Positions 1 to 13,904 of a stretch of DNA of 64,000 nt are shown in pieces. A program made the translations under genes and the position numbers. Where the stretch lies: NCBI GenBank assembly GCA_027923505.1, contig BROI01000001.1:806001-870000 (forward strand), in the 5' to 3' direction. The notes under the pieces were generated by a model that saw only the letters and a list, made by a program, of their open reading frames with translations, did not search any database and was not told the DNA's origin. The stretch is from Mayamaea pseudoterrestris (Eukaryota). Each line of letters begins with the position of its first letter. Position 1 is the first letter of the stretch.

Positions 1-3000
1 GTGGCAAAAGCTGCAATATCGTCCAGCGGAGCACCAGTCGGCGAGCTGGCGTCCTTCCACAAATTGTAGCCGAGCGGATCCTCTGAATTGACGGCACTAG
101 CCAATGTTTCATCGCCACTCAATGCACGCAAGGCAGTCAATGTCTCGTCCAAGGTAAAGAATACTTCGAAAGCTGTTTCGATGTCTGCAGGTGCAGCACC
201 AGTCTTTGATTTAACTAAAGCGGCGGCATTGGCGATGCAATCGGGATCGTCTTTCTTGGTAAGCCGTACTTTCAATTCAACCTGATATCCCTGACCAAAC
301 TTGCTCTTCAAATGTTGAGCTGATCCAAGGCACCGTAAGCGACCATTTGCCATGATCGCGATACGAGGACAGAGCGCTTCGCATTCTTCCTGTCACGTAC
401 AAAAACATTCAAATGTTAGACAGCTTCGGTAATGCCAAAACGAGACAAATTCCGCACACTTGCCATGCTGTGCGTCGTCAAAATGACCGACGTACGCTCC
501 TCTTCTGGAAAGTCGCCTCCTGCTACCATTTCCGAGATCAGCGCCCAGATCTCCCGACGTGCAACTGGGTCGACTCCGGTCGAGCACTCATCAAGGAAAA
601 CGATGGCTGGCTGGCCGATTGTTGCACATGCTAACGATAGACGTCGCTTCATACCACCGGAATAGCCGGAGCTCAAACGATCGGCATCCTTAACGCTGAG
701 TCCGACTTCTGCCAGCTTGGCCGCTGCGGCCTCTTTGATAAACTGACGCGGTATGCCCTTGATAGAAGCGTACAGCTCGACATGCTCGCGTCCCGTTAGA
801 TTTTCGAAATGGGCATCGAATTGCGGGCAGTATCCTATGCGACGGCGGATCTTTTCGGGCTCTCTGCAGACGCTATGCCCAGCCAACGTTGCATCACCGG
901 AACTGGGCGGAAATTCGGCCGTAAGTATGCCCATCGTAGTCGTCTTGCCTGATAGAAAGGAGGAAGGGGAGAACATCGCTAATGTGTAAGTTTTCACCTA
1001 AACCAACACCGATTCCGTACATCGACAAGAGGTGATCATACAATAACTTGCCTGCGCCGTTGATGCCCAAAAGGCCAAAGCATTCACCGGGTGCGATACC
1101 GAAGGAAAGATTATTGACGGCCAGCTTGCCCCCGTCATATGTCTTCGTAAGTTGCGAAAGTACAATTTTGTCATCGTTCGCCTGGCCCAACAAAACACGT
1201 TCCTGCTCAGCCATAACATCATCGTCGTCAGGAATCGCCATTGTAATGTCGTCTCCAGATTGTCTGCGTCCAAAGCATCGGCACGTGATAAAACGAAGAA
1301 GCATGTTCCAGTAAGAGAGAACCCTTGGGTTTGTCGACCACTTGTCCAGTTGAATGGCAAGCGCAACATAAATAATTGACTCCCACGCCAAAAATATGAT
1401 TTCGTACAACATCACTGGTTCGCTAAAAACGGTTGTCACGTCATTTCCTTCAAGAAAAGCAATCGTTTCCAAATTCAAAACTGCAAATAATCCTTGACCC
1501 AAATTGAACGTTGGAAAGAAACGGAGAATCCATTTCAAAATATTGGCCGCATCAATGAGATCCTGTTTTGGTGCCCCAGGATCAGTTCCAATGAGAGTGA
1601 GAATGAACGACGCCAAGGGGCCTCCCATTCCAATCAAAAATCCACTGATGATTATGAAAACATTGCAGAGTGAAGGAGATGAAAAGGCAAATGAAACGCA
1701 ATATGTGAAGCCAGCCGCCGCTGGCCCGAACAGAATCAAGAGAATTAAAACGCCATATACAACGTCTTTCTCCGTTTTGATAAACACATCAACCCCAAAC
1801 GCAAAGATGAGAGCCACAGTGATCCACAAAGGAATCTGATAGTTCAAAACATCCCAAAGGTAGGTTGAAAGCCAGTAGCTACTCGGTTCGACACCAGCAA
1901 CAGTCTGCAAATGCTTAGCTTTAGATTGTCTCTCGTTTACAATAAAGGTGGCAAAGGCACCAGCGATGAAGGGGAAACTCAGAATGACGAGAAACCATGC
2001 CGAGAAAGCATCATCGGCATCCCGATTCGATGACTCTGACTTCGTGATCGGTAGAGGCGCAATAGTACAATCAATCGTGACGTTCGGCGAGTCGAGAGCT
2101 TCGCGGGCGAGTGCCTCGTCAGCAAGAATCTGGAATAGTGGCGCCGAGTGAAGCGCTGTGAAATTGTACTGAATCGTGTAGCCGAATCCTCCCGCCAGAT
2201 TGCTGCACTCGTCCGAGCTGGCGTAATCATTTGAAGCATTTGAGCAATGCGAAAGTACTGTCACATTGTAAAAATCTCCGCTGTCAATAGTGCTACCAGG
2301 TTCATGCGCGAAAAAAACAGCTCCGTACTTGCTAGCAGCAAACTGATCGGCAGTTGCCGAAAGACTTGCGGACGCTTCGTCAATTGTCTCGACAAGAACA
2401 GCACCGGCAAAAGCCCCATCTCCTGTAATTTCATCCATAATGTTTACAGTATCACTTATGGAACATAGCTCTTGACTTGTAAATCGACCCTGATAGCCGC
2501 AAAGAAAATACTGCTCGCCGGTTTGGTTGACGTCGAATACAGCGGGCTGGTAAGCGCAGACACCTGGCTGGCAATCAAAGGGTGCATCGGGGGAGTTAAA
2601 GACAATCGGATTGCGAGGAGGAGCGCTTATTCCAGGGTTGTACTCATCTAGCGACAAGTACAAGGGCTCCAGATCTCGAACAGGCGAGGCAAACTTAAAG
2701 ACTATCAACCCGACGAGAACAAAAATACTCGGGACAATGGTGGTGCAACACCACGCCTTTTTGTCCCTGCGGAAACTAGCTGCACGCTTTTTGAACAAAG
2801 CTCCAAGATGAGTAAAGAACAAGCCTTCTTTCGCCAAATCCATCTGTGAACGGTGGCTCTTCTCGGGATCCTTACTCAATGATTGGACTGCAGGCCGACC
2901 AGACGACGTAAAGTCTTGCTTTTCTTCCGAGCCGCCCCGCGCAACAAGCAAAAAGACCTCTTCAAGAGTCGTAAGACTCACGCCATATGAGCTTATGGCT

Positions 3001-6000
3001 TTATCGTCTACCAAACGGTCCAGCGACTCAAACATAGGCGGAAATTTTGAAGATGCACCAAGTGGAAGCTGATACGAAATCTCGGAGCCAACATTGCTGA
3101 GAAGTACAGCCTCCTCCACCGCCTTTTCAATAACTTGCTCCACCGACTCATTGTCCGTTGTATCGCAATCTTCAATCGCGTTACCTGCTGCCACAGTTTC
3201 AGCTTCCGATGCCGTCGCGGAGTTTATCTTGGCCGGCTCTGTTTGCTTGTGTGCATTGCTGCCAAATCGTTCGATCGTCAAACAATAACCTACACCATAC
3301 GTCTTCTTTAAAAAGAGTGAACTGCCGCAGCAACGCAGCTGGCCCTCGGCCATTATAGCAATTCTGTCGCCAAGGATATCAGCCTCGTCCATAAAGTGCG
3401 TGGTCAACAAAATGCAACGGTTTTGCCGATATTGTCGAATGACATTCCAACAGAATCGCCTTGCAAAAGGATCCATTCCAGATGTAGGCTAGATGTATAG
3501 AGAGACGGAGCAATGAGTATTTAAACGAGAAAAAAATCATAACACTAACCTCTGTATTCAGCTCACCTCGTCCAACACAACAACCTTCGATCCACCGCAA
3601 AATGCTATTGCTAGCGATAGCTTTCGCTTCATGCCTCCACTCAGATTTTTTGACATTATGTTGCGTTTTTCCGACAAAGCAACATCCTGTATAGCTTGAT
3701 CGATCTGCTCTTCCGCCTCGGCGTATGAAAGCTGTCCGTACAAACCTTTAACGCGCGAAAAGAACTGCAAGTGCTCTCGAACCGTCAACATCGGAAAGAG
3801 GCAATCATGCTGTAGACAAATCCCAATATCCTGACGAATCTGATTCATCTGAGTTCTCGTGTCCTTGCCAAAAATAGTGGCATACCCTTCAGTAGCATCT
3901 AATGCGCCCGTTAAGCAGCCAATGGTGGTCGTCTTGCCTGATTGGTTAATACGCGAATTTGCAAGCGGGTAAGTTCTGTGCTCATGTATGTAGCCAATTA
4001 TGAACAGTCAGGTACTGGACGAGAGAATCCCAAATTACTTACCAGCGCCATTGTGCCCCAGCAATGCCGTAATCTGCCCACTGTACATGGATAGCGTAAC
4101 GCCATCGACGGCAGTCTTGTCGCCAAACGACTTGCGCAAGCGATGAATCTCAATCGTCTTGTTTTCATCTGTTTGTCGCTGAAAATTATCGCCTACCGGT
4201 TCGTACGGGATTGCCGCATTATCGTCTACGTCGTCAGTGTCGGAGTGCGAAGCTGCGGCTCGAGACGGACACCAGTACCGAGGCTGAAAAATGAACCACG
4301 GGGGAAGTGCTTGGCCGTAATCTGGACGGATTACTCGATTCAGATAGAAGCAAAGAAATCCCCAGAGCACGCTGTCCAGTGCCAAATATGAGAGCGCCTA
4401 AAGAAGAAAGCAGTGATATAGCGGGGCAGATGGTTAGAGCTGATCGTTTCAAAGACGAATCATCATGCTTTGTCGTTGCAACAAACGCACCGTTACAAAT
4501 GTATATCCCGAAGGATTGTCGGTTTGATTAATCGTGTTCGCCGTGAGCCCTACACCACGGTCTTCCAAAGCACCAATCTCCTGCAGTCCGTAGGATAGCG
4601 CCGCGACCGGGTGCAGACTGATAATGCCGACAGCACCCGAACTTCCTGTCTCATAGCTCACCGCCAAGGTCAAGAACACGCCAATGAAAAAGACCAAGAG
4701 ACCAATCAACACGGCCCGAACCGTCTTGGCAGTAAACGCAGCAACAGCCATGGAAAAGACTGTGACCGACAAGAACACCAGAATCCAAAAAATCCAAAGG
4801 GGTAAAAACTCAGAGTTTTCGTAGAGCGACATGGAAACACCGGCACTAGCCGACGCTGTCAAGAAGGCCACGCTATAAAAGGTGACGAACCAAGCCCAAC
4901 CAATGTCGCTTTCCGTAACGCTCATCATCTTCATGAGCTCCTTTTGCCTCAACTCCTTTTCGCGCACCACATACATAATCATGGCTGCCACTGGATAAAG
5001 CAGTCCCAGCGTTACAAGCAAAGGCCCATATCCAGAGACGGACGCGTAAAACCCATTCTTAATATACTGCGGCGTGGGAAACTGGACAAACGCGACGCCA
5101 TTCTGCGATACAAAGTAGCCTTGCTCCTTGGCGCCAGAAATATCCATGAAAAAGTCATGGACCAATCGTTGCATGGTCAACACACCGTTGTAAACGTACT
5201 GCCCAGTGCAGGAACCTTCCAGTGGACCAAGAACAGCAGTTCCACCCTCCAGCATGCATGAATCATCGTCGTTCTTGGCGTAATCGTTAAACAACTTGTT
5301 TGTCGGCGGCGTCGTAAACATGGCCGGTCGAGTCACTTGCGGCGAATTGTAGTTTGTCGAGTTTTGTCGCAAAGAATATGATAGTTCCGTCAGCGAGTCT
5401 CCATCAAAGACAATCCCCAAGGCAAGCTTTGGTGTGTCTTCCGTCGTTCCATAGTCACCACTTTGAACATAGGCATCCATGTCGCTGGAACTGTCAAACA
5501 TGACAACCAATTCCGAATCAAACGGCACTTTCGCTGAATCCGTCACGGCCGGATACTCGCTGTACAACCAGTTGCGAAAGTTTCGAGCCCGCTGCAAGCC
5601 ACCCGCATCTGATCCAGACAATCCCAAGCGCATGAATTCGCAATACTTTGTCGCATCTTCTCCGTCGAAAGTACACTGGCGCGGATCGCACTTGACAAAG
5701 GGAACCTGCCAATTGTATCCGCCGGATGGTAGTCCAGTAATTTCCATAACACTAGTAGCTGCATCAGTATAGCAAACGCGCTGCGCCTGCATGGTGGTGA
5801 CATAGTCTTGAAAGGAGAGTGGAACGAAAGCCTTTTCGTTGGTGGGAAGGTAGGGAGGAACGGTTGTCGCGGCAAAGCCGGTCGTGTCTTGACTCGCCAC
5901 TTTGATGCCGACCAAGACTCCAATGAAACCGACGGGTAACAGGATTTCGAGTATCTAACGTGATGATAGATTTAAAGAATGGTGAACATGAATGACATTA

Positions 6001-6216
6001 CAATGACTGATGGACGACTCTTAGCGATTAGCGAGTGCTGGATCAAGGCTCGGAGTCTCAATCTCGCACCGACAGCCGACTATACCTGCAATAAAGTCCT
6101 TACATGCATGATTATCTTCATAAACTCGTTCTACTTACCGTTCCAATCCAGTTGCGACGACGATAGACAAGGTTGCGTCGCATCAAGGCGAACCATGCTC
6201 TCGTTCCGACGGCCAT
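1..6216 (-). CDS. ABCA: Full-size ABC subfamily A transporter (TMD-NBD-TMD-NBD), 3' end beyond the window
   Basis: Reconstructed exons (minus): 6216-6139 ([26 protein letters not shown]), 5954-4491, 4397-4043, 3937-3567, 3488-1052, 948-464, 389-<1. NBD1: [45 protein letters not shown]2: [44 protein letters not shown]. Large exocytoplasmic loops typical of ABCA. Confidence 0.95.
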
Positions 6217-6691
6217 GCTGCTGTTGTTGCTTCTCGCTTGCTCTTACAAAGTATAATTTTTATCTCTAGACTACTCTATTATGCGACTCCAGTCTTGGCT
6301 CTTTTAAGATATTCGACTCTCGTCGTCGCCGGATGCTTTTGTTTCGTGTTGCTCTTGGCAGGTTGATCCATTCGCTCGGAATCGAGTCGGATTGTTGTTG
6401 TTCCTGGATCATCATCATTCATCATGACGTGGCTGTTTGAATCTGGCGTCATGAATGCCCTTCGTGACGTGTGATAAGCAGGCACGTGAGTACACTTGGA
6501 GTCATAGATGAAACCAGCTCAGTCGATGTCGTAGAGCGACTCACAGCGTTCATTGCGACGCGTCAATTCGACCATGGCGACGCTATCACAAGACACAAGA
6601 CAGCACCACACAGGCGCAAATACTACAATCACCGATTACGAATAGCATATACACAGAGAATCCAATTTAATTTAGCTTTAACCGATAAATC

Positions 6692-9600
6692 ATGGCATCA
6701 CGAGGCTTCTTTGGAGTGCTGAAGGACGACGCTTCGTCGTCATCCGACGAGACCGACCAAAACGAGCACGCAAACAACACGCAACAATCAGCCGACACAG
6801 CAGTACAAGACACCAATCTGCATGTTCCAGCGTATGAGGATTTGTCGTCATGTCGCATGGACGAAATTACCGTGCTGCAGGTAGTCTACGGGGATGACTT
6901 TACGCAACGAGTCGGAACGTGGAATCTCGTCGTTCTACAAGTCAAGGTGCAACCACCCGATTTGGAGCCTGCCAAGATTGGGAGCAAATGCATACTATCA
7001 GTGACACTGCCAAAGAAGTATCCCTATGTTGTGCCATCGATTCAGTTGCTTGACATGGAAGGCTTGTCCAAGGAGGAAATTACCAATCTGCTGCAGCAGC
7101 TACACGAGAGAGCCACGGAGCTTGCCGCAACGGGTTCCGTCATGGTGGTCGAACTAGTGCAAGTGGTGGAAGACTTTTTGTTGACGCACAATCGAGACCC
7201 GACAATGTCGGCCTGGGATCGTGAGAATGCGCGGCAGGCTCTGCAACTGCAGGAGCAACGCCAGGCGCAGGATGAAATGACGAGACTCATGAATAGTCAT
7301 GATGCGAATGATAAAATTGCAACGGCACTGGGTGACTCGTCTTCAGCTGGCAATCTACAGGGACTTGGAGATGGCGAATCAAGCAGTCGAAATGCATTTT
7401 CGGCAACTCCTGTGTCATCCGGTGCCATTGAACGAGAATTACTGCGACAGCAAGAGGCACTCAGGATTGCCGGTCAGCAGCGTCGGACGCGATTCGCCTG
7501 GCAAATTGCCGTGGATGATCCGCATCAAAGTATCATAGAAAGCGATGACATGGAGGAAGCTTTTGTCGACAATGAATTCGAATTGGAGGACTCAGCAGAA
7601 TTGGCGCTTTCTGGATTGTCGCGCTACAAGTCCGATTTTGTGGAAATGGGCGTTCTTGGTCGAGGCGGGGGAGGCGAAGTCGTCAAAGTTAGGAACCGGC
7701 TCGACGGACGAATATATGCCGTGAAAAAGATTCTATTGTTGCAAGAGGCAGGTCGCACGGCCGAGGCCGCGGCAATTCAAAATCAAAAGCTGCGACGTGA
7801 AGTGACCACAATTAGCAGGCTGAGCCACAAGAATGTGGTTCGATACTACCAGGCTTGGGTTGAAGGAGACACGGCAGCGACTGCTAAATCCACACCAGCG
7901 AAATCTGACCAAGCTGATCCCGAATCAAGAATTGACGGATTGCAGTCGCTGGATAGTGACAGCGAGGCCGAGTCTGATGACAGTTCCAATGGCTGGTGGC
8001 AAGGCGACAAGGCTGCCGAACAATCGTCAGGACTGCACTCAACTTCAATGACCGACCTCTTGGAGCACGAGAATGAGCATGTTTTGAACACTCCATTGCT
8101 GAGTGGACTCGGATTTCCGAGTCCATATGGCAATCTGTTTGAGCGTAACACTGGAAGACGACACCAAACACACCCTTCCTCCAACGAGTCTGACAATGAT
8201 GTCATCTGGGATGATTCATCGGTAAAAATTACGGCAACGGCCGGTGTCTGTATACTTTACATTCAAATGGAATTTTGCTCGACAACACTTCGAAAATTAA
8301 TAGACGAAAACCAGGTGGCGCGAATGACTTCCAATGATGTCTGGAGACTGGTGCGACAAATAGTCGAGGCATTGAGATACGTTCATAGCCGGAACATTAT
8401 TCATCGAGACCTGAAACCCAGTAACATATTCTTGGACGCTGAGGGTAACGTCAGGCTTGGAGACTTCGGATTGGCAACGCGTCATCGGTCCAAGGGCGCA
8501 ACCCCCGACCTTTTACAGTCACAATCGCATGGCAATGACAAAGACGAAATGGAGGACATAAGTGATCTTTTAGGAAGATCGGCATTGTCTCAGCTGAACG
8601 ACATGAAGGCTTTATCGAATTATGAGTCTATTACTGCGGGCGTGGGAACGACATTCTACCGAGCGCCGGAGCAAGAGGCGTCTATATCTCGTTCGAAGCG
8701 AAGGGAAACCCCTTACACATTACAAGCTGACATTTTCAGTTTAGGCATTTGTATATTTGAGATCTTTTCTCCGCCCTTTACAACAGGCATGGAGCGTGCA
8801 GAGACACTCGGTCGACTGAGGGGAGACAAAAAGGTTGCCAATGAGCAATCGAGTCTTTCGGGCGAATCATTTGAAGACATTGCCGCTGAACATTTCCCGG
8901 CATCTTTTATCGAACATGTCCCTGAGACAGCACAGAGGTATGAAATGAATGATATTGCGATTCTCCTGGAAAAGAATACACACAAACACTTGATTGCTTC
9001 ATGTTTAGGATAATATTGTGGTGTTTAGATCGACAGCCGGATAAGCGTCCCACAGCAGAGCAGCTCTTAGCCAGCGATCTACTACCTCGAGTCATTGAAC
9101 TAGAGCAACAATACCTTGACGAAGCTTTGACAGTCCTGACTAGACCACAGGTAAGAAGGACACGATCAATGATGATATGTACTCTGAGTTAGTGAGCTGA
9201 TGATAACTCACCGTCGCTTTATCTAGTCCGAGAGCTATTTCCAGATTATTCAGTCCATGTTCAACCGTCCGAACAATCCAGAACTTGAATTTACTTTTGA
9301 TACTGACGTAGAAGCGAAATCGCGACAGGTATGGCTTGACGCCGAGAGCGCGAGTGGTGCAAATGGTGTTCCACCTCTGGCAATGGAGCTCCTGCGCGCC
9401 ATTGGCGACATTCGAAGTATTAATTTAGCGACCCTGCGATCCATCACGATGAATCCATCGTCTATGATTGCTGCGACAGCATCTCTACGACGAGCTCGGA
9501 ATGCTGGGAACTTGGGGAAGGCTGGAGGGAGCCTTAAAAGAGCGACCAAGCGGGCAGCCGGAATACTAGCGATGCGCGCAGCGACCTCTGCAGCTATAAC

Positions 9601-12007
9601 TGGTTCGCTGGACGGGGTACATGGATCAGATCCGCTTGTTGTTGAGCGCCTTTCGCAGAGACTAAAGGCAATTTTCTCTATTCACGGGGCTGTTCGCTTG
9701 CGACCTCCTCTCCTTCGTCCCAAAAAGCCGGGCGAAGAAAATAATTTAGCGTCAGGTGGACCCGCAGAATTCATAAGCCAAAGAGGATTTTGCGTCATTC
9801 TTCCAGAAGATTTGACTGCACCTTTTGCACGAGCAGTTGGTCGCGGGGGAACGGCGACTTCTAGGTTAAAGCGCTACGATATAGGGCGTTGTTATCACAG
9901 GTCAGTTGTCGGAGGACATCCGAAAGAAACGTTGGAAGCCTCATTTGATATTGTCCAGGAGGACTTGGCAGGAACGCAGATGATTGAAGCGGAGACAATT
10001 GTGGTGGTTTATCAGGCAATCAGGGCTCTTCCGGATTTTGGCGGCACTTGGATGATTCGCGTGAATCACACACGCTTGACCGATGCCTTGCTTGATCTTT
10101 GTGGAGTCAGTTCAAGAGAGCAGACTAGACAAGCTGCTCTCTCAATACTTGCTCGATTCGCCTCACCTCTTCCAGTGCTTTTGACGAAAGAAGCGAGTGT
10201 CAAAGATTTTAACAACTTTCGCGATGCCTTGAACTCAGTTTTAAAGGAAGCCGTATCAGACCACTACCTACTGAAACAAGCCGCTGAAGCACTTCGGCAT
10301 TTTATCGAGAGCATCTACCCTTTGCCTTGTGATGTTCGAAAGGCAATCGACAAACTCAAAACTGGTATTGCTGCTATCAAGAGTTATGGAGTCGGGATAG
10401 ATTCGCGTAGGGGAAGGCGATTTGAAGATGCAGCGAAATCCTTACGCTGCATACGGGATCTGATGAATATTTTGATGTTGATAAACGACGATCCGGTGCT
10501 TCCGATGCAGTGCGACTCGAGTCGACATGAGAGCATGTCTCGGTCGCCGTTTTTCTCGCTTGATATTGGCTTGAGACAACGCCGTAAGCATTATCATGGT
10601 GGCATTGTTTACCAGTGCATTGTGTTCCCCACAATGAACGACATCACAATGGAGGACTGCAACGAAAGTCTCTTATCCTCCGGTAAAGGGATCAAGGTAG
10701 CAGAAGGCGGAAATTACTCTGACTTGGTGAGAAAATACCGACCTCCTGGAGACTTCGCTGGCGCTGCCATAAACTTCTATGCGGCAGCACCTATCCCAGC
10801 TTGCGCTGGAGTTCGCTTCTCCATTGGCAAGATGGTCGGCCTTCTTTACCTGCATGCTGCGTATGCAGGTCAAGCGGTGACGCTGGGAAAAGACAATGGC
10901 TGGTCTGACACGCAAAAGCACCCATCCGACAAGCAGGGACTAGATGCTTTGCGGGTAAGCCTCGGCCACCCTTTTCAATTTGCTCGATCAGTTACTTGTC
11001 TTATAGCGAGCGTGCATGGAATGGACGCAGGTAGCGTGCAGGAACGTTTCGTCGTCGCTCGTCGTCTTTGGACGGAGGGTATCAGTGCAGAATATCTACC
11101 GCAGAGTGGAGTCATGCTGAGCTTATTGCGACGATTCAATGACGCGGGCGATGACAACAGTGTGAATGCAAGCGACTGGACGCTGTCTGAGCTCTTCGGC
11201 GCTTGCTCTGTGTTAAATATTCAGTTTGTTGTGATTGTGCAGGGACACCTGCTAAAAGAAAAATCCTTGGTTCGCCTGCGCCGTGTTTCGACTGAAGATA
11301 TGGCGTCATCAACTTTAGGCGCCGGCAGTGAGATTATGGTTGCATTGGATGATCTGGCGAGTTCGATACGTGGGGACGCATCTGTTATGAACGCGTCGGA
11401 AGATGGACAGCCAGCAAACATCAGCGGATCTCTGAATGGCCGTGTCAGCAAAGATGTGAGTTGTGACTGTATATTTGTTGACCAGGATCAATACTTCGGC
11501 TCTTCAGCTGGACGTGAAGTCTCCAAGAATGAAACACCGCAATGGAGGTCCTATTTAAAAAATATGAAAACGATTGGACTTCTCGCTGAAAATTTCTTAT
11601 CGTCGCATCATGACTCTCGAGCCCAATCGACGTTCGGCATTCAAGGCTGGCCCGTCTTTGCTGTTTCCGGAGTGGATTTTTGGATATTGCGCGAATTCGG
11701 AACGGAGCTGATGCGTCACGAGCGAGTGGAGCAAAGTCCCTTGAAAGCTTCCAACACCATTGGCCAGCGGTATCCCGAACACTCTCGCGCACTTAAAACC
11801 CTAGCCAGCGCCATTGACAATTACATGCGAAGGAACGGCTTGTGGGGCGGAGTGAAGGGCAAACAGACGGTCGGTCAACGGGAACGCGAGAAGTCGAGTG
11901 GTATTATGTTGACAATGCTCCTGTACAGCAAACCAGACGATCGCTTCGATATGATTTCACTGGAATGCAGCAGCCGATGGCATAACAAGAATAGAAGTCG
12001 CATATAG
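6692..12007 (+). CDS. GCN2: eIF2-alpha kinase GCN2 (RWD + kinase + HisRS-like + anticodon-binding-like)
   Basis: Exons 6692-8937, 9009-9150, 9227-12007 (GT-AG introns). RWD motif [10 protein letters not shown]; kinase [32 protein letters not shown], long insert, [34 protein letters not shown]; HisRS-like [39 protein letters not shown]. Confidence 0.93.
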
Positions 12008-12699
12008 TGGAAGAGAGCTCATTCTCTCAAGACTTTATGGTCTCCAAGCGAACTTAACAGCGATATCTTATTTCCTTTCTCGTGCAGCTGTGAAAAGCGT
12101 TCGGATGGTTGTTACATTCACAGACAGTGGATTCGGTACGCTACGCCTATCCAGCGTGTCCAGCCAAATCATGGGCTAAATGCGAGCTTTCGCCACAGAA
12201 TGATAGAAAGACAGGACGGCGTTCTCAGTGCACTGATGAAGGAACTTTGAGGATGCGATGGACATTCAGATGGATGCGACGCCTTCGTCGCATAACCACG
12301 AAAAGGGTCAAGCTATTCAAGATATTTATTGATAAAGTCATTTGGAAGTGTTTGTGTCAGCAAGAACATATTTCTATGGGCTACGCGCTCGGAAGCCTGA
12401 TAACAACTACTACAATAGTACCGCTATCATACTCGTACGGTAGGTTTACAATGTTCCTGACATCGTCTGCGATAAGTAGCACGACTGAAAACGTTTAAAT
12501 TACAACATTGCTGCGTTGAATCGGACCGTTGCATCTAAGTAATGCTCCGGTAATTCCCAACGGACGCGCCAGCCGATCAGCCTTTTCGTGGGCCTGCCAC
12601 CATGACGAAACAGGGACTGCGATTATTCATCGTCCATCGATATTTCGATATATCAAGTCAAACGTTTACACACCACAGACTGCAGCGTAACAAGGTGCC

Positions 12700-13904
12700 A
12701 TGGTGAAATTTACAGGCTTTTGGTTCGTAATTACGCGACGACGTTCGATGGAGTGTCGTGAGATTGCTCATCTTGCAACAGGCATCTCGGCATCTCACTC
12801 ATTCGTCCTTGCCCATGCACGCCACTCTCATACCTCGTCCACAAGCTCACTTTTTCACTTCTAATCTGTAAATTACAGCACATATCCACATGGTGGCAAG
12901 GCAACGACTGGAATCTTTTTCGTCGTTGCGGCTGCACTTTCCGCAACTTGCTACGGAATTGCTTCGTGTCGGTTGCTTGTCTTGACGTTTGATGCAAGCG
13001 GAACGGGCAGCGAGGGTGGCGTTGGTTGCTTTGAAGAATACTTTCAAATTCACAACGATGTATCGAGTGGATGGGATAATTCGCAATCAACAACAAATAG
13101 TAATGCAACAAGCGCAGCAACGTGGTGTCAAGTCGGCATGGGCTTGTTCCAATGGATGCGACCAAACGAGATTCGTTCTATAGAAAGCAATAGCACAAGC
13201 AGCAGCGATTGGCAAGACGGCTACTGCGTGGGTTACCAACAAACAATGCTTGATTCACTTGGAGACGACGATCCCTTATTTCACGTGGCCCGCGGCCTGG
13301 GTATTTTTAGCGTTATACTTTCATTTGTCTTGCTGGGTTGGACCTTTGTCATGTCTTGCTTGGAACTGAATTGGATGCAGATATTTCTGCTGCGACTTTG
13401 TTGTTTGATGGCGAGTTTGACGAGTGAATTGTCCTTTTTAATGAAGAAAACCGCCATTTGCTCAAGCATGTTTGACGCTACAGCGAATTGCAAGCTTGAT
13501 CAAGGCGGACTTGCAATGGTAACCGCATGCATACTCTGGCTTATCGCACTTGTCATGAGCATTGTATTCATGGAGTCATCAACATATTGTCCACTTTGTA
13601 GGCGACGAACCAATGGCAAGGAGCGAGCAATAGAATCTGCCAAGACGACGCTAAAAGCTCGAGGGACAGTCTGCATGGGCATACCTATTCATTTGACTCG
13701 ACCGAGTCTTGGACGAAACCGATCAAGAAGCCCCGCGATAACGTAACAGTGGATGAAGCCACTAATGATGGCCAAATGGAAGTATACATAAGTAGTCGGC
13801 TGGATCGGATTGAGTGCCTGGCCGATGATGATGACGATCACGAGGAAGAGGAAGTAACAGCTCTACAGCATAGAAGGCTAGCAGCGCGAGAAGAAGCTAA
13901 ATAA
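12700..13904 (+). CDS. Four-TM Cys-containing membrane protein (claudin/tetraspan-like topology), with an apparent frameshift near 13730
   Basis: Exon 12700-12722 (MVKFTGF), GT-AG intron 12723-12878, exon from 12879 (C-TYPHGGKATTGIFFVVAAALS...). Four hydrophobic segments. The frame stops at 13746, but an acidic coding-like tail (VTVDEATNDGQMEVYISSRLDRIE...EEAK*) continues in another frame to 13904. Confidence 0.65.

Noticed and set aside
6692..8937. GCN2 lacking the pseudokinase domain as a novelty
   Set aside because: Plant-type GCN2 also lacks it, so this is not unusual outside opisthokonts.
12109..12498. 129-aa ORF downstream of GCN2
   Set aside because: Non-ATG start, no recognisable motif, and it lies in probable UTR or intergenic DNA.
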